Assembly (NCBI GenBank): GCA_000934665.2
Contig: JYFJ02003924.1
Location: forward strand, 1 to 36,332
Length of the DNA: 36,332 nt
DNA from: Catajapyx aquilonaris
Taxonomy: Eukaryota
Direction of reading: 5' to 3'
Under the pieces are notes generated by a model. The model worked only from the letters and a program-made list of their open reading frames with translations. It was not told the DNA's origin and did not search any database. Both the position numbers and the translations under genes were made by a program. The stretch's first letter is position 1, and every line of letters starts with the position of its first letter. Positions 1 to 12,500 of this stretch are shown in pieces.

Positions 1-611
1 ACGTGTTTGATTTTTTTTAAATAACTCTTAAAATGAAGCTGAACATGTCTGGCCGATATTTCCGAAAACTCCCCGAGACCGAAATTGGTCTTTCACGGGG
101 GATAAGCCAAAACGCAAACCGTGTGCATGCACGTGGACCATCCAAGCGAAGATCTATCGTTTGTACTGATCTGAAATAAATCATAAGTGCCTACGTCATT
201 CGTATGCTAATATGACAGAACTCCCGCTCTCTAAGTACCGGGTACAGTGGGAGTATAATTTGACACCAAACACTGACATGATTAGATCTGTCCAATGCAG
301 TACTAGTGTATTGCTCTTTGTTGGTCACTTATGATTTATTTCAGATCAGTACAAACGATAGATCTTCGCTTGGATGGTCCACGTGCATGCACACGGTTTG
401 CGTTTTGGCTTATCGCGCGTGAAAGACCAATTTCGGTCTCGGGGAGTTTTCGAAAATATCGGCCAGACATGTTCAGCTTCATTTTAAGAGTCATTCAAAA
501 AAAATCAAAAATGTCCAAGTTTGAGAAAAATCAAAATCAAAATTGGAACGCCAATTTTTGACTTTAAATTTTTGATTCTCTTAATCATCGGTATGGCCAT
601 CTTATAGAGCG
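1..611. mobile_element. Long foldback / MITE, cut by the window start
   Basis: 1-189 is the near-perfect reverse complement of 326-514, with no indels and a 136-bp spacer. The right arm plausibly runs to ...atagagcg|TTAA at 611-615, a piggyBac-like end; this boundary is uncertain. Confidence 0.8.
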
Positions 612-1178
612 TTAAAATACGTATCCAACGCATACATCAAGTATAGCATTTGCACTTATCCTCTGGGAGTTATGGTAATCCAAGTGACTGCATGCGTTGC
701 AAAAATCCGCATAAATTGGTAGATTCCGCACCCTGCAGTTACGCAACCACGCAACGCAGAGGTATAATATTTTGGCTTCCGGCATAGGTCGATGAGTAGT
801 ACATGTCATTACAATTTGGTCAAAGTCCTCGAAGATTTGTCGGAAAGGTGGCCCGCTTGACGTGGAATGCCTCCTATATTAGTTTTGCGAGTACTATCAG
901 TCCCTGGCGATTGGGCGCGAATTTCCCTTCACCCTGTACAGGCAAGTCTGGTTTCATTGCTTTGTATCACTCAAGCCTCTATTTCTCATGAGGATACAAC
1001 CTGTTGCAGTTAGGAAGAGAAACTACCCACAAGCCTAACCTACACCTATAGCCAAATTAATTTATTAAATCCCTTGCACATTCAGCCATTCCGGTGCCAG
1101 GCAGCCAACTCCAGCAAAATGTACCGCACTCTATTCGACAACCGTCCCGTGCCCACAGCAACAACCACAGAAGACCCC

Positions 1179-1538
1179 ATGACGCTCTTTGTCCTACTGT
1201 TAGTCTGCACTCTGCCACCCACATTGGCAGAGGTATTCACCCTCGGATACCTGACCGGCTCACAGAGACGTCCCGGGGAGCAGGAGTACTCTCGTCCAGG
1301 TCTGACCATCTCGGGCGCCATCTCTTTAGCAGTGGAGGAGGTGAACAACAACCAGCTATTGGGGCCAGATTATCATCTAGATTTCCTGGTGGCCGAGACC
1401 TTTGGGGATGAGACCGAGAGCATACTTCAAACGGCTGTCTTGTGGAAGAAGAATGTCACGGCGTACATCGGGCCTCAGGAGACTTGCGTGCATGAGGCTC
1501 GTTTGGCGGCCAGCTTCAATCTGCCTATGATTTCATAT
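1179..1538 (+). CDS. rGC coding exon 1 (signal peptide and start of extracellular domain)
   Basis: [33 protein letters not shown]...NLPMISY, then donor GTAAGT at 1539. An in-frame upstream ATG at 1119 is an alternative start. Probable acceptor TTCAG at 1081-1085. Confidence 0.9.
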
Positions 1539-4500
1539 GTAAGTAGTTTGTCGTTTTCTTGCTTATTTTTTGGTTCGCAAAGTAGTTGTCAGTGTTTCTG
1601 TCTGTTTGGTAGAGTGATGTAGTATATACTGTACGTAAATTGACTCGTTTCTGGATTATGAGTACATTTGGAGAGAGAAGGGAGGGGTGGTTATGCTAAT
1701 GTGAGCTGGGTTAAGATGCAATTTGGAAGGAAACACAAGAGAAGGCAAATCAGTGGCTAAGGATCTGAATAATTACACACAGCAGGGTAATTTACGCAGA
1801 CTTGAAGTAACCCTTTGTGGAACCCATGGCATTCCTGTAGTATACTATCAGAACCTCTCTCCTGATATTCAACCTATTGCTTCGGGGAAACCTCACTATG
1901 AAATTACCTCAGTTGTGCAATGTGTTTAGACATGATTTCCTGCGACAGAGGATTTATTATTAAACTAGTTGTCGGCCTATGATAATATGTTTACAGGGTG
2001 TTCCAGTTGAAATAATAATAGTCGTTAGCTATCTTCTGGCACTGAGTTACAGTTACTTTTGCACGGTTACTTTTAATAGATGCCAAAAATATTTGTGGTT
2101 AATATTAGACGAAAAGGAGTACGGTAATTAATATAAGCTCTGAACGCATTCACATATTTAATACTGCAAAGTAACTGTTGATACAAAATTATTCAGGCGG
2201 AGTAGGGTTACGGTATTTGAAGAAATTCATTACATTACACAGTACAGAGTTAACTAAATGCAACGGGAGTGTAGAAAAGCCCAGCTAATGTAGCTTCCGT
2301 GCGTGTGTGTTCGATCGTGAATTCAGACTCGGGTAGAGGGATTTGTCATGCCAGTAATCAGATGTACACACTTTTTGTGCAATCACACATAACCACCAAC
2401 ATAGGCTCCAATGCTTCCTTATGGAATATGATTACGCGTAATTACGAGTAGCCTAGTCATATAATCATGGGTAACCTACAAAGTGGAATGACATCCAACC
2501 CCCTCGGATGCGTCCCATAGTGTAGAGAAGGGGAGGTCGGTGAATAGCTGGAAGAATTAATTACAAGAGCTCCATGGGACAAATGTAGCTTATGAAAATG
2601 AGCCAACAACTGTTACCACACAAATCACCATTGACCACATTGTTGTCTTCCACTATTGTACTCTCCTAACAATATGGTAGAGTAGTTGCGAGGAACGTTT
2701 TGATTGACACTGTCAAGAGGTACTTAACAATGTGTTATGGCTTATAGGTATAGTACGGTAATCTATTATGGTGTAAAATCTGCAAAGTACGAATTAAGGC
2801 TCATACACACAGGCCGTCGACGGCTTTGGTCTTACAGGATTTACGAAAGAATCCGAACCAGGTAGATCCTTCCATGAACGCTAATCTACCAATGTCATAA
2901 TAAGGATGGCACCCAACATGAGAAATCAATCAAATGCTTTATTGATTAGTTCCAGGAAAATTGAAATTGTATCGGAGGAACTTTGCTTCTGGTGCAACTC
3001 TAGGCTACAAATAATTCGGTACCACCTTTTATATAATTAGGCTACCTATTCTTATAATTATGTACAGTACTTGGGCTGAAATTTTTATCAAACGTCCTGC
3101 AGCTTCCTCCTAACAATAATGTAAACATTCTTGTTAATTTGACTTAAGAAATGGTATCATCGATTTAATTTTTATAAGTCAAGACACACTTGATTAGATG
3201 TGTGCATAATGAGATTTGATTACATTCTGTTATGTCGTCCACCACCATTTGGTGATATGGAAGGAAGGTTGATAAAACAGTTTTATCCACCTTACTTTCA
3301 CCTCTTGTCCATATGTTGCCCTCCAATCAAATTAAAAAATTAATTGCACATGGACCTCATAGTTTACGTCAGTGATTTTGCGTTTGAATTCAGAACGTTT
3401 ATTCTATTTTAGCGTTCTTTTTCTGTACATACCTTCGAAATGTTTCTATCCATGATCTTGACAGAGTATTTGTTGATGTAAGGGACGCTCTTTGCTGTGT
3501 ATGGTCGTTTTTATCTACCGTATAATATGAAGAATTGGCGTGATTATATTTTTATCGTATTTTCTGACTAGGCAGTATTATTACATCTATCACAGTCATG
3601 AAATATGATAATTCAATAGTCCTATTTGGGGTTTAATAATTATCTCAAATATGGGTTTACAACGTCAGTACATAATGTTAGAAAGGATTTGTTACTGAAA
3701 AGGCTGTAACTATAATTTCTCTCGGTGGACAGAACATTGTAACACTCCCACCTGCCATGGGAGAAAAGGATCTTCCTTCGTAAGCGGGGGATTCAAGATG
3801 CGTTGCAAAAGTACTCAATTTTCTTGAATGGGGAGGGCGGGGACGAGGCTGCTTAAAAATTGCGTGGGCACAATAAGAACAATAGAGATTCCGTGAGGAA
3901 GAAACATTTTGTCTTTGAGTGGTCCTATTAAAAATATGTGGAAGCCTGTGAGTAGGCCCATTCTTGTCAGGGCAATAGAGCAATAGAAATATTTCATATA
4001 TTTTTTGTACTTTCTTCGAATATTACCGTTCGGCTACTGACGGATCAGCTTTTACAGTGCAACTCCACTATCAGCCTAACTCTTATATTCTTGCAGATTG
4101 TCGTGCTTCTAATCTGTTAAATACTAAGCTATTACTGGTGATGGTTTTTCTGTGACTTGAGGCGTAATAGTTACTGAATTCAGATAACGCGTACAGTACA
4201 TCGCCTGCACAAAAAAGAATCCCCCCCACACCAAGTTAGGTTGACTGGAGTGCCAAACATCATTCCCAGTCCGAAAGTAGGCTACTACACTCGTTAATGG
4301 GCTGCATTCAATAGTAATTGCACCCATAGCTTCAAAAATTGGGTGCATTCATGCAACATTCACATATTCGACGTAGGCTACTGTACCTTCCACACCTTTC
4401 CTGAATTTTAAGAAGCCTTTTAAATAACGACAACTCTGAACTATTCTGACTTACTCCATTTCAATATATTCCACGTTAACCTGATGAACCAAATGTATTT

Positions 4501-6539
4501 ATTCAGATTATATAACACTCTAAATTACGCTGCTATTTTATGCTAATCTAGTAATTTATGCATAAAGCTTAAATTGATATGAAATTCCGTATGGTTTCTA
4601 CACCAGCTTACAATCACATTTTTGTTAAAACAGAGGTGTTCTTTTTCCTCAATTTCACTATTATACAGCTGCAAAAGGAAGGTTTATGATGTGTAGGCTT
4701 ATGTAATGTTACAATACTTTCACCACCGTACATACCCCCTCCCTCCATGCGTAACGCGATTGTTGCATTTCATGACTTGTCCTATACAGGTCCACACACT
4801 CCTTTTCAACCAATATTATCATGCCACTGTTGACTCGCCTTCCGGCGATGAACCCCACCCTGAATATTCCAGTAGAGCCTGTTATATCCTAGAGTGCATG
4901 TTTCAGATTCCATCCTGACACAATGCATGGTGGTAACACAAATTTAAATTATTTCCAAAAATAAGAGTTAGGTCCCTAATGCTATTTGTCACCCAGATTT
5001 CTAGCTATAGATAATAAACATTTGAGGACGTCTGCATTTTTAATTAGAAGACGGCAGGTTTCATATCCCTAAGTGTGATCCAAGAGTCTTGCTCATCCCT
5101 AAGATGGCAGAGTAAGACTCTTGGATTCCGATTAATTTTTATCAATAGTCTCCGGTCAATTTCTCTCATTATTCGTTACGAAAATAATGCAAATACAATC
5201 CTCATCAGTTTGACTTATAATAGACATCAGAACCCTCGCACATAGAGGATTTAATTTCTGTCGGATATTGATCCCTACAGGTCGATCTGGAAGCAGTTTG
5301 TACCAAGATTACATGCCTCATGTCAAGCCTACAACAGCGTAGTAGGTGTTAAATCATATGTTAGTGAGTCATAACACAGTTGGAGGTCTAACCATCAGAG
5401 ATCTATTGTCTGGAGGTAGGGGGTGCCTCCGTTCTCACAGATGGAGTTTCTAATGAGGTGTAGAAATGATGTAAAATTTCCTGACCCTTTTTTCACAGCA
5501 TGGATTCGCGTCATTTATGCAGAGAAACCCCAGCTTTTATGCAGCGATATTAACCACCGCCAGCAGGTTTTATTATTTTCGCTTTCCCCGGATGATAATC
5601 CGGGCCATTTTCCGCCTTTTATTTCCTGCTCTTCGGGGGATCAGAGACTGATCCGCAATTTCCTCTTGTGGTTAGACAAGTGTGTTCGGCAAAGAACTAG
5701 CAGTGTGCTCAAAATGGGGCCATCGTTAACCCGGCGCAGTTGTGCAAGAAAAGTGAAACCAGGGAAGTCTGAATAGGGCTGGCCATCTGACAAGCTTTAG
5801 GAGTGGCGCCACTGTGCAAAAAGTGCTGGTAGTATCGATGTGGGTATCAACTGAGAGGGAAAATAATGGTTGTTTTTTGAAGGAGAAAACTTTTCTCGAC
5901 AACAATGCCATTTCTCAGTGCCGGGGTGTAGGAACTGTATTCATGGGACATGGGTAACCCCATCTGGGACAAAAACCTGAACTTCAAATGGCGAGTGCTG
6001 TCGGTACCTAATGAGGCAGGACGAAATATCGGCACTTTACAGACACAACAGCATGATTAAGGGCCGCTTCAGGTTGATGCATGAGCCGATTCAACCAATG
6101 TTGTTATTTGTTGGCAGCAATTAGTATAAACTATTAATAACGTCCTTTAAATATGAGAAATCTATTTCCTATGTATTTCCTATACCTGATGCAGTCACCA
6201 CAGATGTCACGATTTTATGATGGCAGCTATTACCAATCAAGTCTCTTGTATTATTACGTAAGTTATATAATTATTATTACAGCTTCCCTCATAGGGAGAC
6301 ACGGTGGCGTAGTGGTTAACGCCGCAGCCTCTGAGGTCCCGAGTTCGATCCCAGGGTCAGACGGAGAATACTTATGTGGATAGAATTTCGATGGGTTCTC
6401 TCCGTGTTCGCGTGGGTTTTCTCGGGGTTCTCCAGTTTCCTCCCACAATCAAAATCCATCATAGCGCATGCAATGATTAAAGACGGTTCACGAAAAGATG
6501 ACACCCTAAGAGGCCCAAGGAGGCCTATCACGGAGTATC

Positions 6540-6588
<49 letters not shown>

Positions 6589-9500
6589 ACATCTTCTTTC
6601 AAATATGTGATATGACCTAACACCTCAGAATGCATCATTATTAATTTTAATATTGGGTTTCATTCACAAGACTAGGGATTTTTGCTTATTGTGAGCTTGT
6701 GTGAGTGTGATAATGGCGAAATATTTAGGAAGACAATCTTCAAAGTATACTCGCTACTCTAGGAATAATTTCAACATTGAAAAATATGCATTATATGGAA
6801 AAATAAATCGCAAATTATCTCAGGATTGATAATTCTGTGATTAAGCCTAATGTCGGAAAAATAATATGCATTAGTTATAAAAATCTTAAACCTAACATCA
6901 ATGTTCTGAAGTTATTTACTGCAGGATTTTAAAACTATTATAAAAGTTGTGCAAGGATATTTAATTTTGAAAGTAGTCTGCATTTTTGGAATTTTTTGGT
7001 TGTTTTATGACGCCTAAAAGGACCTGGCTGCAAAAAAGAAGACGTCAAGAACAGCATGTGATGTTTTAGGACAATTCTTGTAGAAGTTCAATATTCCGAA
7101 TTTTCAGCAATAAAAGCAGTAGAAGTTAAAATTTAAATATATTTTGCAAAATTGTGCTATTAATTTTTGCATATTATGATATGTCAGTTTTATTTTTCAA
7201 AGTTAAATTGTTCATAGCGTATGATCATTTTTGAAGGACGGTTTCTAAAACCCCATTATCATGGCCGGTTTCACCAAGCCCGGTTTTCATAAAAAACCCG
7301 GTTCTTTCGGAAAATCCCTATTCTATTTGCAGGGATTTTCCGAAAGAACCGGGGTTTTTATGAAAACCGGGCTTGGTGAAACCGGCCATTAGAGAAAGCA
7401 TAATCACGTGAGATATGAGGGCACTTTTGTTGCTTAGGAAATACGTAGAAGTACGTAGAAGAAATGGATTCTCAGAATTCCTTGAAGACAACTTCATATT
7501 ACACAATGGCACTACAGCATGCGACTCAATTAACGAAGCTCATTGTTATCAATTTAGCCGCTTAGACATAAGGGAAAGAGCATTCCAGAATATAAGTTCG
7601 TCAATACCCTGATCACACATTGTGCTTACATTCCCCTCTGATAAAACTGGGCCTAAATTTAGGTTGGTTAAAGTCCTGCGCTACACAGTTCTCTGCTGTA
7701 CCTATCTTTAGTCGAAGCTTTACGCTGTAACAAACGATGGAAAAGCGCCTGCCCGCCAACCACTATTACACAGCGCGCTTTATGTGAAGTGCTCTAATCC
7801 ACTTAATGGAGCGAAGTGAGCCATTGGAGTTGCTGACAAAATATTAAACCCTCGATTTTATAACTTTGTTTGAGCTTGGGTTTCCTGAGATCCGGGCTGC
7901 TGGGTTCAGACGGATTACTTTGTGGTTTAATGGTGTGTGACGACGCGACGCGGACGTTAGACGTGTGATGATTACAGGTCGGTTTGTCGCGGGAGGTTGC
8001 GAGAAGTTTTTAATCCTCGTCAGTGGCTTATTGTATTAGGCCGAAGTGATGTCCTGCAGAAAGTCCTTTGTTACTTGCTCGGAAATTTCAAGCCTCATTA
8101 TACTGGGTACATCGCTTTTGAAGATTGCCCATGATGCTATATACACGTTTGACCACTTGGACTTAACGTATGCTCCTTACATCTCACCAGCTCTGAGATT
8201 CTGTACACCTTACATAGCTCGATTTCTGTATAGGGCTATATGTGACACTAGAGTCGCTAGTCGGGAAAAGCGAAACACCTCAAGTGGCGTAAAAGTCAGG
8301 TTTTACGTGCTGTTGTTACGCCTTCGGCCATTTGTGGCAGAAGTATGCAAATTTCGCCACCTTGATTTTAACTGAATGAAGTACTATCCTTTGGGTGTAT
8401 GTTCCTATAGGTTTAACTCAATTTTGACATTTTTGTGGGTTGCCCCGTTATTGCATAACACCGTCCACATCCGATTCGGTAAAGAAAAATCTCGCGAACG
8501 ATCATTTCCAGTCGCTCCTGTCCCCTCACGTGCAAATGTGGCAGTGAGTTACATACACATTTGGAGTCTCATTTTAAGAGCAATGACTACGCCAAATTGA
8601 AAGATGAGGCAAGAGCGTCCGCGACATATTCGCCGATGAAAACAGTATGCTTGAACCAGGAATGTGCTATGAAACCATCATGATGTAGAGTATACTGCAA
8701 TATGTCTCTTGTGAAATATCAAATTAAATTAAATTCTGCATACCCTGGACTTGTTCATTAAACATGAACCTTTTGTGACTGTACTTCCACACGCCTAACT
8801 GGAGAGTGATTTTTAACGCCAATACGCCAATATCGTACTAGCTTACACCATCCTCCAGTAGTGGGTTTGTAATTACACGGATATATAAATGATCATAACA
8901 TTCATATTAATGTTGAAATAAATAGAACTACTTGTAGCAAACATGACCTCAACTCGTTCCTATATTAATTATTCAAGATCCCTTTGTGATAGTGCGTCCG
9001 GAGGCTGCGTCATGTTATTGTGCTCTAGACTGTATAGTGTGTACTACAGTATATAGAAGAAAGAGGATGTTGTGTGGGAGGGGAAGTTTGATAGGCATGA
9101 TGACACTGGCTCGATATTACAGTATAATATGCATTTATTCATGTTATGTGACAAGTGCGACTTAGAGAAACCTACAAAAATAGTGCATTGTACAAAAATA
9201 ACATACGTCTATTTGACATAATCTTGGTCTGCCACATAGGCCTGCGCTACTTAATTAAAATGAATATAATTTGTCAGAAACATTAAAGAGATGTGCCTTT
9301 GTTGTCATTGTTAAACGTGTATTTTAATATCCTTTTTGTTCCTTTCATCCCTCCAGTATTGCCCGCACTTCGAAGCATCAGATAAGCGTCGTTTCTTCAC
9401 CTTTGCTCGAACACGACCACCAGATCTCCAGATATCCAAGTCGGTCGCTTCTGTCCTTCTGACATTCAGCTGGACAACTGTGGCGTTTTTATTTCCATCA

Positions 9501-12500
9501 TCAGCCGATGCCGAGTTTGAGCGCATTACCGAGACGATTGCCAATACGCTGATAGAAGCTGGTGTCAATATCAAGTTTAGACGACAATGGAGCACTCCCT
9601 ATCATCACGGATACATGGAGAATCCGTTTCACAAGATCATCAGAGAAATTTCTGGAGGCGTTAGAAGTAAGTTGGTTTTCCTGATGTATTTTTCCCAATA
9701 TAATTATTACATGCGACTCTCACGACTGCCGCATATCCAGATACCCTAAGCTCTTTGTTTTCTTCTTAGCATTACAGTATTAGTACACTGCAGTGGTGCC
9801 CGTTGTCTATAATACTGGCTTTGTACTTATAAACCTGACACTACATTTATCGTTACGTTCAAGTAGGTTTTGCGGGTGATAGAAACGAGGAGTCTTGTAG
9901 ATTGTGCCTGGTGTTTGGACCTAAAATTAACCTGAAAAGATAGACTCTGTTGCCAAAACAGACCGGAGAAAAACCAATCGAGGGACTTTTGTGTTCCTGC
10001 TCACAGAAAACGTGCGCAGATCATCGCTATGTGTCTGTCTTTCCCCATACGTTTCTCCTCACATATGACGTCCTTTACGTACCGGTACCGTATTACCCGA
10101 AAAGACCAGCCTGCCATATCAAAGTAGGTCGACCATAGGACCGATATACCCCATGAAAGCCGATCGCCCGATGTAAAAGGGGGCCATTTTTCATTTACTC
10201 CTCAGTTACATTGACAATATTATAGGCTCTTTTAGGATGTATTATTTTATATTATTGCATCGTTCCGGCCAGTCCTCTTCTACTTCCTCCCGTCCGGGCC
10301 CCGAGCCCATCCTGGGTCCCTTACAGTATTCTCACAATCAGTTGGATTACATTTGGGGTTTGGGGAGGTCGAGTGACTAGAGAGTTTGACGTATTTTTCT
10401 CAGGTGAAATGCTCTAAACAGGCATATCCTACCAATGCAGGCTTGCTGGTGTACCTCGTATATAGTCATCTGATGTGCATTTTTTAAAATCATGAACCCC
10501 GGTTTTACCGGCGTGCCATTCTTTGCGATGTGACGCGGTAATAACTTATTATATTTGTGGCACGAAAAGTTCTGGTAATAAAGTCAGGTGAATCCGCTGA
10601 CTTTCTGATTGAAGTCCTTGACATGTGTAGACAGTAATATAATATACTGAGCTAACAAACTCTTGTCAACTTTAAGCTCTTGCCCTGGAGGATACCCGAT
10701 GCGCATATACGCCTATGATACAGAAAATAGGCAGACTTTCTCTACAAATATGGCCTACCAATCTACTTTCCATCCCCAGCTATGACATAAGTTTGTCATC
10801 TCCTGAAAAAGTAATGAACTATTGTATGAATTTGTCTAAGTTAAGAAACAGGTTGAAAATTGTAATGATTTTAAAGCCAACCTTCGAATATCTCGGTCTG
10901 CTTGGTACAAAATTTTCGATGACAAGCAAGTTTGTGTAACTAGCCTGGCGGAGGTCATTAAGTCTTAATGACCCTATCTTAAGCCCTTCCGGAAGAGTAC
11001 CATGTGGTTCACAGAGGAAGTTTAGGCTCAACCAAGAAGGTATTTCTTGGTTGATGAACTGTATATGCAGTGATGGACAGTGAACTTGTCAGTTATTCTA
11101 ACTCATTAGTATACCGCATTACCCCAGCATATAACTCCATGCCGGTATAAAACGGGTAATATTTGTGATTATCTCCTTCCCTTAAAAATGTCGGTGTTCC
11201 CAATAAAATAAATACAAATACCCATACATTCAAATGTCTAAAATATTTTCTGCTAATAGAGATCGAGGTGTAAGAAATAACTATGTGGCAAAAAATTTGG
11301 CGAAAGTGGAGAGAGAGAGAGAGAGAGAGAACAAGGCAGCAGCATCGAAGTGACATCCGACGGTGAAGTGCACAAGTAAACGAGTCACCACCCAGGAGGT
11401 GGCGCCCGGAACGGCGAAAATGGGAATTCCGTGGAGCGGCCGCGGTCGGCTTTTTTGCGTTTTTTGAGTTTTACAAAGTCCCTGGGCACTGTTTCCAAAA
11501 AAAACAAGTTGTTTGCAAATATAGAAAACGCGGGAAAAATTTTGACATCACTCATAATGCTGTATGCCGTACGGTGCGGGAGGAGTTATGGGAATAGTCG
11601 GCTGTTAATAATATATACGAGATTTGGTTCGTAGATTCCATAGCACCAGTGGTTCACTTACGGGAATATTGCGGTACGTACTGTACGGTAATTTCCACTC
11701 CGCAGGCCTACATCATGAGGTCCTCTAAAACCAAAACAGTTGCAGTACGTGTTTATCAAACGAATTTTTTCTGCTGGTGTTGGGACATCAAAGATAGTTT
11801 TACTGTTGCTAGGACTGCCTGTAATTTAGTTCGAAGGGCTGGCGGGGGGGGGGGGGGGGTTGAAAAGTGCAGTTCCAGCGTACCGTAACACTTATGCCAC
11901 CGTGTTGACTGATTAGTCCTCAGATAATGGAGTGTAGGGGAGGGCGCATTTTATTGTAAAAGTGATTTCCAGCAGCTATTCCTGACTGTGATGCTGATGG
12001 GGAAAGAGGATGTAAAACTATGGTATGTTGTCCTTCATTTTAAGGCTTAAAAAATTACCAACTTATCGTAGGTAAAATACAGACAAAACTCCACTCTATA
12101 CTGGCAGACCATCATAATTTATTATGTGGGTTTTCTCAAATCTGGTCCACGCCGCTTTACTGTCATGCCGCTTTATGCGGGGTAACCCTGTATAATATTT
12201 GTACCGCCACTACCTGGAGAGTTTTTTTTTAACCAGGATGTTCTGGGAAAAACTCGTAAAGAAACTTAATATGATTAGTTGGAATCAATTTACTGCACTG
12301 AGAAAGCTTGTCCCAATTTTAGGGTCATTCACAACTGGAGTTAAATCTTAGTTATTTCGAGCACGAAAAACTTCACACACTATAAGTCGTAAGAAAAATG
12401 CCCACTCCCAGTTGATCAAGGAGTGGTGGATATCCTGGTTATTCAAGTGTGAACGCACAACGATCCGATCCACGTCGTCCATCACTCCTACCCTCTAGAA

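Noticed and set aside
331..561. 76-aa ORF
   Set aside because: Lies in the arm of a foldback repeat and has no protein features.
6263..6610. ORFs including a poly-Leu, signal-like peptide
   Set aside because: Translations of the SINE body and its (TTG)n tail.
11647..11902. Possible hAT MITE (CAGTGG...CCACCG); likewise 5916-6036
   Set aside because: Termini too short or degenerate, and no 8-bp TSD.
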